A DNA stretch of 20,000 nucleotides from Vicugna vicugna (lineage: Eukaryota): positions 1,929,319 to 1,949,318 of the forward strand of contig MU057887.1 in assembly GCA_013265495.1 (NCBI GenBank), read 5' to 3'. The translations under genes were made by a program, and so were the position numbers. Each line of letters begins with the position of its first letter. Within the stretch, counting starts at the first letter, position 1. Shown piece after piece: positions 9,746 through 19,787 of the stretch. The notes beneath the pieces were generated by a model, which saw nothing but the letters and a program-made list of their open reading frames with translations, was not told the DNA's origin and made no database searches.

Positions 9746-9780
9746 ATTTATATATATGTATATATTATATATATATAAAT
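9746..9780. repeat. Imperfect (TA)n microsatellite
   Basis: ATTTATATATATGTATATATTATATATATATAAAT. Confidence 0.92.
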
Positions 9781-10249
9781 AAGAGATGCAGGCGGACTGC
9801 TTCTCTCCCTGCCAGCTGTGCTGGCCTCTGTGGCCCTGGATCGAGGCAGCCCTCGCCCCGGATGCTGCCAGGCAGGCAGAGTACCGATGGCCCCGTGCTG
9901 GGAGCTGGACTCTGGTCCTGACTGGGAGGCCGAGAAGAGCCGAGCCCGCTAGGAAGAGAGCACGCACGGATGTGTGTGGGAGGACGGCCGGGAGGCTGCG
10001 TCCGCTGCCCTCTTGCCAGCACAGGGACAGTGCCCTGTGTGTGGTGGGCACTTGGCAAACAAGATGATCAGGAGAACTGCCTGGAGGCGGTGGCATCTCT
10101 GCTGGGAATCAGGAAGCTGGGTGACCTCAGCTGGTGGGGGAAGAAGGAGCAGGGAGCCAATGTGGGTCTTTGTGTCCAAGGCACAGGCCCCCCTGGGGCC
10201 CAGGTGTGGCGAGTGAAGGGGACTGGTGGGGGCCTCTGGAGAGGTGGTG

Positions 10250-10560
10250 TGGGTCCCCACCTCGGAGGGCCTTGAATGCATGGGAGAGTCCTGTCAAACA
10301 CTGTTGGAAGGTCACCATTTTTGCTTTGAATGGAGAGCCTGGGGTGGCCGAGGGTTCTTGGTCAGGAAGGTCAGTCATTCAGGATGGGCGACTGGCCGCG
10401 GGTGAGGATGGATGGCGGGAGAATCTGAGGCCAGGGGACCCTGTCAGCAGCCCTGGGAAGAGAGGTGAGCTGGAAGCAGAGAGAACTGGGTGCCTGGGAG
10501 CGGGCGTCCGGTAGAGGAGGGCCAGGGCTGCTCCTGAGGTTGCCGCTGGGGGCCCTGAGG
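10250..10560 (-). mobile_element. L2 LINE remnant
   Basis: CGGAGGGCCTTGAATGC...AATGGAGAGCC...AGGGTTCTTG...GAGGATGGATGG...GAGGCCAGGGGA follows the antisense L2 pattern. Confidence 0.6.
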
Positions 10561-11434
10561 CTGGCGGGGATGTGAGTGGTGAGAGGGTGTCGTGGTGGCC
10601 GATCAGCTGCCCGACTGGTGAGTGTTCACTGAACCCCTTTCCTGGGCAGGGCTCCCTGGGCAATCCCAGATGATCGAGGGGCGGCCTTCTGGTCTACCCG
10701 TCCCAGGGGCACTTCCCGAGGCAGCCGCCCTCCCCACGTTGGTCCTGGCGTCTCTCCAGCTACCAGGCTGCAGAGGTGGGGGCCCCAGGCCGGACCCTGC
10801 CGAAGGGCCCTCCCTTGCCTGCTGAGCGGAGTCGTGGGTCAGCCCAGGTGCCCTCCGCCGCGAGGAATGCGGATTTGGGTCTTGAGAACTCATCTGAAAT
10901 AGATATTTCTCTCCACTGCCGGAGGGATTTATTGGCAAAACTATCCATCTATTAACATTATCTGGGGCTTCTGCGCTGGGGAGAATAGATACTATAAATC
11001 TTAGTTGTGTAAAACCCAGGAGCTAGAAGGCTTTAGTGGACGGCAAATAGAAAAGTGCGGGGAGTGGAGGCCTGTTTATTTTGCTTAGAGGGAAAGAACA
11101 TTCGGTGCCCAGCCAGGCAGGAAATGGGTTTTGGGGACGGCCACTTAGCCTAGCTGTTGGCCCTGAAACTGTGGGGACAATCGCTGCCTGCAATTAGGGC
11201 AGGAGGCTCAAAGCATTGCACTCTGTGGCGGGCGGTGGAAGTTTCTGGAAAAGGAGGCCTTGAAACTTTAGGCAGGTGGCCCTGGGGCCTTTTGGGAAGG
11301 AGGATCCGGGCGGTAGGCTGTGAGGTCAGGGCCAGGCCCCAGGGGTGCATCTGATTAGGGTTAGTAAGAGCGACCGGGAAGCCAGCCGCCCTGGTGTGGC
11401 CGGTGCCCTCGGGTCACTAGATGCTTCTTGCATT

Positions 11435-11540
11435 TTTTTAAAAAACTTTTTTTTTTTTAAGTTGGGGTACTGGGGATTGAACCCAGGACCTCGTGCACAC
11501 TAAGCACGTGCTCTGCCACTGAGCTGCACCCCCCCCCCCC
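11435..11540 (-). mobile_element. tRNA-derived SINE (Vic-1-like)
   Basis: The reverse complement has A box CAGCTCAGTGG, B box GGTTCAATCC and a poly-A tail; exact TSD TCTTGCATT at 11426-11434 and 11547-11555. Confidence 0.93.
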
Positions 11541-11577
11541 GCCGTCTCTTGCATTGTCAGCGGCTGGGGACGTAGAG

Positions 11578-11603
11578 GGAAGACGCGGAGGGAAGACGCG
11601 GAG
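11578..11603 (+). repeat. 13-bp tandem duplication GGAAGACGCGGAG x2
   Basis: Two exact copies, plus a degenerate partial copy immediately upstream. Confidence 0.85.
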
Positions 11604-12124
11604 GGGCTCGTCCTTTCCTGCTTTTCTGCTGATCCCCGCTCCTGGGACGAGGCTGTGGCGGGAGCCGCCTTGGCCCCAGGCCCCTTCTCCAGCCTCTCAG
11701 TCCTGAGAGGCCCCACATCCTTCAAAGGGTTTTCTCTCCACTTAGATCCATCAGCACCCGTTTCTGCCGACGGTCAGAGCCCTCGCAGATCTGCAGGAGT
11801 GAGGACCCCACGTCCTGCGCACCTGGACGCAGGGCGCCCGAGAAGTATGAGTCCTAGGGTGAAGGCATGAAGGGTGAACAAAGGGAGGTCCTGCACCCCC
11901 CTCCATGGTGGCCATCAAGCACCTGCCTCCCGGAGCAGGGACGCGGCCGTCCCAGAGCCCCTGGCTGGGGGCGCTGAGCTCTGGGCCAGCGGCCCTGCAG
12001 AACCCGCTCGCCGCCGAGGGCTCCCTAGGGGTGGCTTGTGACCCAGCCCTGCGTTAGCCCTTGCCGTGGCCAAGCAGAGGTCCAGCACCAGTGCTCGGGG
12101 TCAGCATGCCTGCCTTCCAGCCGC

Positions 12125-12402
12125 TGCTCCGGACTGAGTGTGACCCTGTCAGATTCACATGTCGAAGCCTGATCCTCAGTGCGATGGGACCTTTGGGAGG
12201 TGACGAGGCCACGAGGGAGGTGCCTTATAAGGAGAGGACAGCGCAAGGACAGGGACACCTGCACACACAGAGAGAAGGCGGGTCTCACCCTGGGGCTCCA
12301 CATCTGCCGGCACCTTGAACTGCATCCTCCCAGCCTCGAGGCTGCTTCCTGTGTCAGCCCCTGGTCTGTGACATCCTCCAGGGCAGCCCAAGTGATGGAG
12401 AA
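12125..12402 (+). mobile_element. MaLR LTR (MLT1A/B-like), internally deleted
   Basis: TGCTCCGGACTGAGTGTG...ATTCACATGTCGAAGCC...CCTTTGGGAGGTGA...GCCTTATAAG...CTGCCGGCACCTTGA...CCCAGCCTC...GCAGCCC matches the MLT1A layout. Confidence 0.8.
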
Positions 12403-13003
12403 AGTCGCGGGTCCTGTTGATGCCCGTCTCTCTCCAGTCTGCCCTGAGTGGCAGGGGACCGTGGTGGGGGGCGTGCTGGGTGGTGGCAGGGGGCATCTTC
12501 AGCGGCCAGAGTGCCTACAGACTCCGCTCAGGCCCGGAGAGTCCGGGTGGGTCGCTCCCGAGACCTCCGCCCAGACCCAGCCTCAGGCTTCGTGGCCACG
12601 TCAGCGTCCTCCTCCTGAGGGTGACGTGGCAGGCGGGCCGGGTGGCATGCTGAGTTGCCAGCCTTCAGAAACATCAAGAGAGGATGCCTCCAGAGCTCCC
12701 ACGGAGTGCCAGAGGACGGGAGAGTGAAAACGAGTGGCTTTGTCCCTCGTCCCTTCTCCTCCACCCCGTTGCCCGGGACCTGCAGACGCGGGAGCAGGCA
12801 GAGGGCAGCGAAGCGGGGGCCCCTGGGGCAGGGCGCCGCAGGCCTGGGCGGGCGCCGCCTCTCCCAGCCTCAGTCTCCCCAGGGCTGGACTCGGGGCTGG
12901 AGCCCCCAGGGCTGCTCGCGGCCGCGCACACGGCGGCTGTCCTCCTGCCTTTGAGAAATGGACCTGCCCTTTGCTGGGCAAGGGGAGCCTCAGAAAAAGG
13001 CGG

Positions 13004-13440
13004 TGATAATTAATACTGATGTGGCTTCAAATGTTAGAAGTTAGAATGAAATCAAAAACAAAAGGAGAGGGTCACAGGTAACCAATTAGACGGCGGCCTC
13101 TGCACGGCCCCTCACCCGCGTCGGGGCGGAATGGACCCCGTCTGCCTCGGCCAATTAATCGCCGGGGACCTGAGGCTTTCTGCAAATCGAAGGAAAAGGC
13201 GAGCCGGGCCGGTGGCAGACACGCAGCCCGTCCCCCGTCGTGCAGGGGCCGGGAGGAGGAGGCCCGGCCAGGGTGCAGGGCCGAGGCGGTGGCGCCGAGC
13301 CGGGGTGTGCAGATTAATGAAGGCAGCTGGGAAGATGAAAGGGCGCGGGCGCCTGAGATGAAGCCCAGCGGGTTGCAAGGGTTCGGGCATGAATTTCAAA
13401 ACGGCAGAGATTGTGGCTTGTGGACTAATTACCTCGCAAG
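13004..13440. promoter_or_regulatory. Candidate enhancer with clustered homeodomain sites
   Basis: TAATTAAT 13007, CCAATTA 13082 and 13151, GATTAATGA 13312, CTAATTA 13425, SOX-like AACAAAAGG 13057 and TCF-like AGATGAAAG 13333, all in a GC-rich background. Confidence 0.4.
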
Positions 13441-13759
13441 GACGGCATCGGAGGTGGGGTCCGGGTGGCTCCAGAGGTCCGGGTGGAAAGAGAGACGGGT
13501 GGCTGGCCGGGGCAGGTCCATCGGGCACAGGGGGTGAGGGCTGCGTTCCCGAGTCCTCCCCAGTCCTGTCCTTTGGCCAAAAGGCCAGATTGGAACACTC
13601 ATTTTTGGAGGTCCCTGACTTAGAAATCGGTGGGTTTGAGAAGGCCCAGAAAACCGACCAGGATTTGGGCCTGGAGGGGAAGCAGGGGGCTCTCAGTCTT
13701 CATGTTTACCCCTGACCCCATCAGCTGTGTGCTGCATGGCCCCCCACATGGATGGCCCA

Positions 13760-13900
13760 CTCCTCGTGGCAAAACTGTGGGGACCCTTCCAAAATCACGT
13801 TCATGAGAGAGATGGGGAAACTGAGGCTCAGAGAGGACAGGCGGTGGCCCTGAGGTCACCCTGCTGGTCAGCAGCACAGGCAGGGCGCCAGCCTGGGGAC
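13760..13900 (-). mobile_element. MIR SINE remnant
   Basis: AGATGGGGAAACTGAGGCTCAGAGAGG...GCCCTGAGGTCACCCTGCTGGT is the MIR core. Confidence 0.8.
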
Positions 13901-13974
13901 TTACCTGTATTCCTGACCACTGGGGAGCATGGCTGCCCACTGGGAACTTGGCAGAGGGCTGACCATGGGCCATT

Positions 13975-14130
13975 GGGGAAGGTGGGTCCTGAAGATGGCG
14001 CAGGAGTTTGCCAGGAGCTGGAGGGTTTGGGAGGAGAATGTACATTTCAGGCAGAGGGAACAGAGTGTGCGAAGGGTACAGAGCAGGACAGAGATGGAGT
14101 AGCTCCGGGTAGCACGAGGGGGTGTGTGGG
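13975..14130 (-). mobile_element. L2 LINE remnant
   Basis: CCTGAAGATGG...AGGAGTTTGCCAGG...CATTTCAGGCAGAGGGAACAGAGTGTGCGAAGG is the hallmark antisense L2 segment. Confidence 0.7.
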
Positions 14131-14379
14131 AGCCATGTCGAAAGGGTCCAGTGTCCTGCACCAGAGGCAGGTCCTCACCCAGGGCGCCCCTGGGGTACCC
14201 TGAGCTGAGCTGTGTGTGAGGTCAAGGCCAGCTGTGTGCTTGGAAATTTCTTCCCAGGGTCCCTGCCAGAGTAGGGGTGGATGAGACGGGTCTGGGCTGG
14301 AGACCCACACCTCAGGAGGGATTTAAGTGACTAAGTTAGAAGGACTTGGTGGCTGCTCTGGGCTGGGGCCGGCATCTCT

Positions 14380-14413
14380 ATATCCATTTCACAGATGAGA
14401 AAACCGAGGCCCA
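14380..14413 (-). mobile_element. MIR core fragment
   Basis: TCCATTTCACAGATGAGAAAACCGAGGCCCA. Confidence 0.7.
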
Positions 14414-14420
14414 TGTCTTT

Positions 14421-14865
14421 TGTATCAGTTAGCTCTCAGCACATAACAAGCTACCCTCATGTCTAATAACTCAAAAGGACTATTGCTTCTGACTTCTCTG
14501 TCTGCAGGCCTGCGGGGCTGACCTGGCCTGGCTGGGCGGGGGTGGGCTGGGCTCACTCCTGCACTGGGGGCCAGAGGGTGGTTCGGCTGAGGTCTGGCTG
14601 CCTGGGACAGACTGCTCCGGCTGGTCTCTGGCCCTGCAGTGGGTGGGCCTGGGCTGGGCGGGAGCAGAGGCCTGCAGGGCCCGCTGAGGCCAGGCTCAGA
14701 ATGGGATGACGTCATTTTTGCAGGACTCTTTGGACCAAAGCAAGTGACAAGGCCCAACCAGATTCCAGGGGGTGGTGCTCAGACTCCACCTCTCCCGGCA
14801 GGAGCTGCCACGTCACGTTGTGGGGGGGGGTGTCCAGGGAGAGGGGGCTTCTGGGCTGGGATGCA
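14421..14865 (-). mobile_element. MaLR LTR (MLT1H/I/J-like)
   Basis: TGTATCAGTTAGCT...ATAACAA...GGGCTCACTCCTGC...GAGGCCAGGCTCAGAA...CCAAAGCAAGTGACAAGGCCCAACCAGATTCCAGGGG...AGACTCCACCTCT matches antisense old MLT1. Confidence 0.8.
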
Positions 14866-15833
14866 GGCAGTAGGTTCTGTAGAAGCCCAGAGAAGGACCG
14901 TCAGGTGAGCTTGGCTGGTCAGGAAAAGCTTCTTGCGGGAGGTGCGTCTTTCCAATCCCACCCACCAGTGTGTTTTAAAAAGTTCATTTCTTTGCTAAGT
15001 TCCAGGCTCATTAAACTCTCTTCTTTAAACCTGGCATGGCGGAAGGCTGGCTGTCTTACATCTAAGATGAGTTTCTGAGCAGGCCGCCTGCACATCCATA
15101 ATTAAAGGAGTTCGACAAGAATCGAAGAGGACTGGTTTCCACTGGAGGTTTGGGGAGTTAATTACCAGTTGGTACCCTGCCATGATGGGTGTGCGTGAGA
15201 TATCTGAAGGGGGCAGGGCTGGGAATTTGCTGGGAAGATGCGATGAACCTGTACGTGCCAATACTGATTTTGTCAATTGAGGTCCCCCCACCAGACGTCT
15301 TAGAGGCGAGGGAGGGTGCTTTGTGCCTCTTCTCACGAGTTCAGACTTGAAGGGAGGCCCCTGGCAGCCCCACTGGGATGGAGCCTGGAGCTGAGAAGCC
15401 GCCAGGTGGACTGGAGGTGGCCATGGGGCCCTGGACTCGTGTGAAGAGGTCTTTGTGCTATTTGGGTCTGTCTGGCCCAGTGACCACATGGAACAGCCCA
15501 TGGGGCCTTTGCTCCCAAATCCTTCCTCCGGGATGTCTGTCCCTGCTCATGGAAGAGAGCAGAGTGCAAGGATGCCACCCACCCAGGGGTCTGGGTCCCC
15601 CTGGCCTCCCCTTAGAAGGACATGTATACGTTGGGGTAAAAGGTAGGCAGATTTAAAATGCTTTTGAACCTGTGGTTCACTTGGCCACTGTGTGGTCAGG
15701 CCACCCCGGACGGCCGGCCTCCGGCTCTCTGTGCGCCCTCTGCTTGGCCAGTCCCTGCTTCTCCTGCCCCACTCACTGGCCTGCCTTCCCGCGTGCTCGC
15801 CCCAGGCCCCAGCGAGTGATTCTGGCTTTAGCT

Positions 15834-15969
15834 TCATTTATTTACTTTTAGCAGGGGAGGCAATGAGGTTTATTTATTTTTATTTTACTTAATGGAGGTG
15901 CTGGGGGTTGAACCCAGGACCTTGTCCATGCTAAGCACATGTTCCACCACCGAGCGACACCCTCCCTCC
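15834..15969 (-). mobile_element. tRNA-derived SINE (Vic-1-like, long-tail form)
   Basis: Antisense B box GGTTGAACCC and an extended AAAT/CCTCATTGCCTCCCC tail; TSD TCTGGCTTTAG / TCCAGCTTTAG. Confidence 0.9.
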
Positions 15970-16964
15970 TTGTCCAGCTTTAGATCAGAGCTCCCCGCTG
16001 TGCTTATCAAAGGGGTGGTGAGGGGGTGGCCCTCAGCTGGTTTCCCTGGTAACTGATGCCCCAACCTGATGTCAGTTTCCCCTGTAACTGTGACACCCCT
16101 ATCTGCCCCCGGGAGCAAAGCCCGCTGCCATGTCCTGCCTGCTGTCGGCCGCACACAGCGGGGCCTCACTCCAGGGCCTCCCTTCAGGAGTGGAAGCGCC
16201 CCACTCACTAAAGCGCTGATGCCTGTCTCTGACCCTGGGCCCCGTCTTTGGTCTAGAGCTGGGAGAGTCCAGGGCTTTGCAGGCCTGCGGGCGCAGCCCA
16301 GCAGCCACCAAAAAGGAGTGGGGGGCCCAGGGCCACTGCTCTGCCCTCCTGTGTTCCAGCAGGTTGTGGGTTCTCCGGGGTTGCCTTTGGCTGGAGCCAG
16401 GAGAGGAGTCTGGGAGTCAGGAGCCCTTGGGAGCTGGGGGCCCTGCTGCCCGAGGCCCTGACCAGCCAGGCCCACTATGTCTCACATCTTCCTGGGAGCC
16501 ATGGTGTCCTGTGGCTGGACGCTTCCCAGAGACCTGGCTGTGCTGAGGGCCCCACGTGAGAGCAGAGCCCTCCCCCAAGGCTGGCCGAGACGGGGGCTTC
16601 GTGGGCCTTGGTGTCCCCGCAGCACAGAGCTGCATTGAGTGCAGGCCAGCTGGGGTGATTTCAGACCAGGCTCTGCTCCACCTGCCCCACCGGGACACCC
16701 TGGGGTGCATGTGGTGGGCCAAGCCCCAACCCCGGGAGCTGGACTGGGGGTCTTGGCCAGACTCAGCTCTGACCCACCTGGGGCTTGGGACAAGTATCGC
16801 CACCTAAGTGCCTGGTCACAGGCCTCAGTCACCCACTGGGCTGCTCCCGCCGGTGGCCTGGGTCTGCCTTTCGGGACTGTCTGCCCTCCTTCTGCAAAGT
16901 TGTTTCAGATGCAAACCGAGTGGTCATTTTGGGTCAAGACTGGCTGCTTCACTGTGCTCAAAAC

Positions 16965-17060
16965 CTGCATAGGTTATTTGACCCATTTTACAGATGAGGA
17001 AACTGAGGCTCAGGACAGCCCAGTGCGAGCCCGACAGCCTCGGGCTGGAGTGGGGCTTTA
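16965..17060 (-). mobile_element. MIR SINE remnant
   Basis: CCCATTTTACAGATGAGGAAACTGAGGCTCAG is a near-perfect MIR core. Confidence 0.85.
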
Positions 17061-18869
17061 CCCGTGGGCTGCCTGTGTCTGGGCCCACTGTTACAATCCT
17101 GGGCCCAAGATGGAGAAGCTCCTGAGGCCTGTTCGTGTCCTGCAGACCCAGAAGCTGCCACCTTTGTGCGCCGAGCTGGGGGCACACTGCAGGGGCCTTG
17201 GGGCCACACATGTGGGGTGTGGTGAAGTGCCCGTATGTTTTCGTACTGTATGGTTTTAAGAAAAAAATGCAAAGTTTTAGGACAGATCGACTGTTGAATT
17301 TATGTAAAACTTCCAAATCAAACCCTCTCGAAAATTAAAACTCAGAGATAGCTTGCCACGTGTGCACGTGACCTTCTTAACGTCAGGTTTACATCTGAAA
17401 GGGCCTCCGACAGCTCCTGGGTGGAGGAGCTCCTCCCTCGTTAACTGCCAGACCCCAGCCCGGCCGGCCGGAGCGAGCGCCGCGCAGGTCATTGCTGGGG
17501 CTTCTCAGCCGGGCAGAAGCTCCTTTCTCACCGTTAACCCGAGTCCAACCCATTTCGAACCTCTCGACTGAACTCCAAGGGAGCGCTCCGTCTTCTGGTC
17601 TCACAATCGTCTTTTTCTTCCGTTGACAAAGATAACGGTGGGGTTTTTGGGTGATAATGCAAATGGATTTTTGAATCTAATTGAACTTTTTATATCGAGT
17701 ATTTCAAAATAATGACGATGTTTTCCTCCCCATCCACAGATGTTGCTCTGGAGTCTTCATAATTCTTCTCTAGGAATCGAACTGTCCCCCTCCCCAAACA
17801 GCGTGGGTGAGCGCGTCTGATGGTTTCCCTTCAAAGCTGCTTTATCATTAACTGTTACCATAGTTTTCTATAATTCTTGCCATTTTCAAAGAAGTTCATT
17901 TCAGTGCGCAAGAATGTCAGCCAGGGAAGCCGGCGCTGAAGTTGGCGACTGCGACGTTGAGTCTGCGGAGTGAGAATCCATATTTTAGCACCTGAACTCC
18001 AGGCGGAACCTGCCCTCGGGCGGCGGCCAGTGTGCGATGAGGGGGCGGCGCTGGGGGAGCCGATCCATTTCCTCCCAGAAAGCCGAAAACAGCCGGTGCT
18101 TCCCCAGATCCTCAGTTTTACCATGTCAGCCACACAGACACGTTTTTCACGGCAGATCTTAAATTCAGAGTTTTCAGAACCAACTTGCCTCCTTCCCATC
18201 CCTGCAGCTGCGCTGCCTGGTGGAGATGTGCCCAGGGTTTCTGTAACGTTTTCAACACCATCACGGAGCGTTGACCACTTGGAAAATTGTACTGGTGCAA
18301 CTGGTTCGAGTCTTTTTTTTGCAACACAGATGGTGTTTTTTTTAAGCGTTTTCCTACAGGCCTTGATTTGTGCTCTGTCAAGTGACAGCCCCCAGCCCCT
18401 GGCTCTGTGGCTCTGACACAGCGGGCGCTGTGTCCCCACTGTTTCTGTGTGGGCCCCTCCCAGTCCACGTGAGATGCTGCGGCCCTCTGGGGATGGTGCT
18501 GGGGACCTGCTGACCTGGTCTTGGACCTGGTCCAGGGCTGCTGAGAAATCTAGGTGGTTCCAGAAGCCCTGGCAGGGAGCCCTGACCCTGCTTCCTATTT
18601 TTCTGAGAAAGGAGGCGGGAACAGACAGTAGATCCTCTCAGCTTCCCTCCCCTGACCCTGTCAGCCTCCTGTCCTGGACCCGTGTTCCGCGGGAGGAACC
18701 GCACAGGCGCCCGAGGTCCACCCCGCTGTCTCCTCCTCCCTGCCCAGCTTCAGCTTGCCTCTCTGGTCCATGGCCGTCAGCATCCGAATGAGCCGCACCA
18801 GCTCCCAGGTCCCAGAGAAATCCTCCCTTGACTCTGACTCCGAAGCACGCCGCTTCTGCCTGCGTTCCC

Positions 18870-19644
18870 ACCTCCAGCCCATCACCAGGCCCCCCACCCC
18901 ACCGAGGACCCCTCCCTGCCCGGGTCCGGGCCTCCCGGAAGGCGACGGTAACCCTGGTCCTTAGGCAGTCCCTTCCTTGCCTTACTGTCACTTTGCCATC
19001 CTCAAACAGCAAGGCAGTTGCCTTTAAACAATACAGCTTAGTTCTGCGTGTTCTAAATATTTAACCAGAGAAACAACAGAGCACGCACGTCTGCCTGGCT
19101 GGCTCACCCAGCTCTGCGCTTTACAGTTAGTCCCGGGCTGTGTGCGGCTGCGGGGGTCCTTCTCGTCTCCGCTACCTCGTGCACGTGCTGTCGGGGAGCG
19201 CGGGGTCCCGGCGCCGGAGGGCGCGCTTCCCTGCTGAGCGTGCGCCCGGGAGAGAAGGCCGGGTCACCGAGCACGCGCGCCTGTACGTGTCTCGGGCAGG
19301 TCTGCTGCTTGGGGCGCGGGGGCGCGGCATCGTGGGAGCCCTCCCGTCGCTCTGCGTCCTCCCTGGTTCTCACCGTCTGAGCTCTCCTGGTGGTTCGTGG
19401 TCGTTTCTCACCGAGTTTCCCTCATGGTGGACGGGCCGCTGTTTTCCACGTACCGCGACAGTCGGAGATGTGCTTCCGTGATGGTGCTGGTGGGCGTGCT
19501 GGGCCCTCACGTCTCCTGGGTTTGTAGGGCTCCTTACCTCCCGCAGAGACGAGACCTTCAAAGTCACATGCAGGTATTTTCTGCCACGACGTGCACGCCT
19601 TCCCACTCTCCTGGTGTTTGTGGGTTTATAGAAATACTTAATCT
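18870..19644 (-). mobile_element. Ancient L1ME-like fragment (3'UTR and ORF2 end), strongly GC-shifted
   Basis: Collinear residual matches to antisense L1ME: TAAACAATA...TTAGTT, GGGTCA..G.GCACGCGC, TTTCCCTCATG, TTTGTAGG..TCCTTA, CACTCTC, AGAAATACTTAAT. Confidence 0.6.
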
Positions 19645-19777
19645 GGGGGGTGGGAGGGTACAGCTCAGTGGTGGAGCACCTGCTTAGCACACACGAGGTG
19701 CTGGGTTCAGTCCCCAGCACCTCCATTAAATAAATAAATAAATAAATGAACCTAATCACCTCCCCACCCTCCCAAAA
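19645..19777 (+). mobile_element. tRNA-derived SINE (Vic-1-like, long-tail form)
   Basis: GGGAGGGTACAGCTCAGTGG (A box), GGGTTCAGTCC (B box), (TAAA)n and AACCTAATCACCTCCCC tail. Confidence 0.93.
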
Positions 19778-19787
19778 GGACCTTTAA

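Noticed and set aside
11461..11540. tRNA-Ala-like sequence (also at 4526, 15890 and 19650)
   Set aside because: Poly-A tails, TSDs and mutually divergent copies identify these as tRNA-derived SINEs.
11567..11603. Short direct repeats as a possible CRISPR-like array
   Set aside because: It is a simple tandem duplication without spacers, in mammalian DNA.
17970..18416. 148-aa ORF with a hydrophobic C-terminus
   Set aside because: It has a GTG start and no recognisable family, and the hydrophobic stretch derives from T-runs of a pyrimidine tract.
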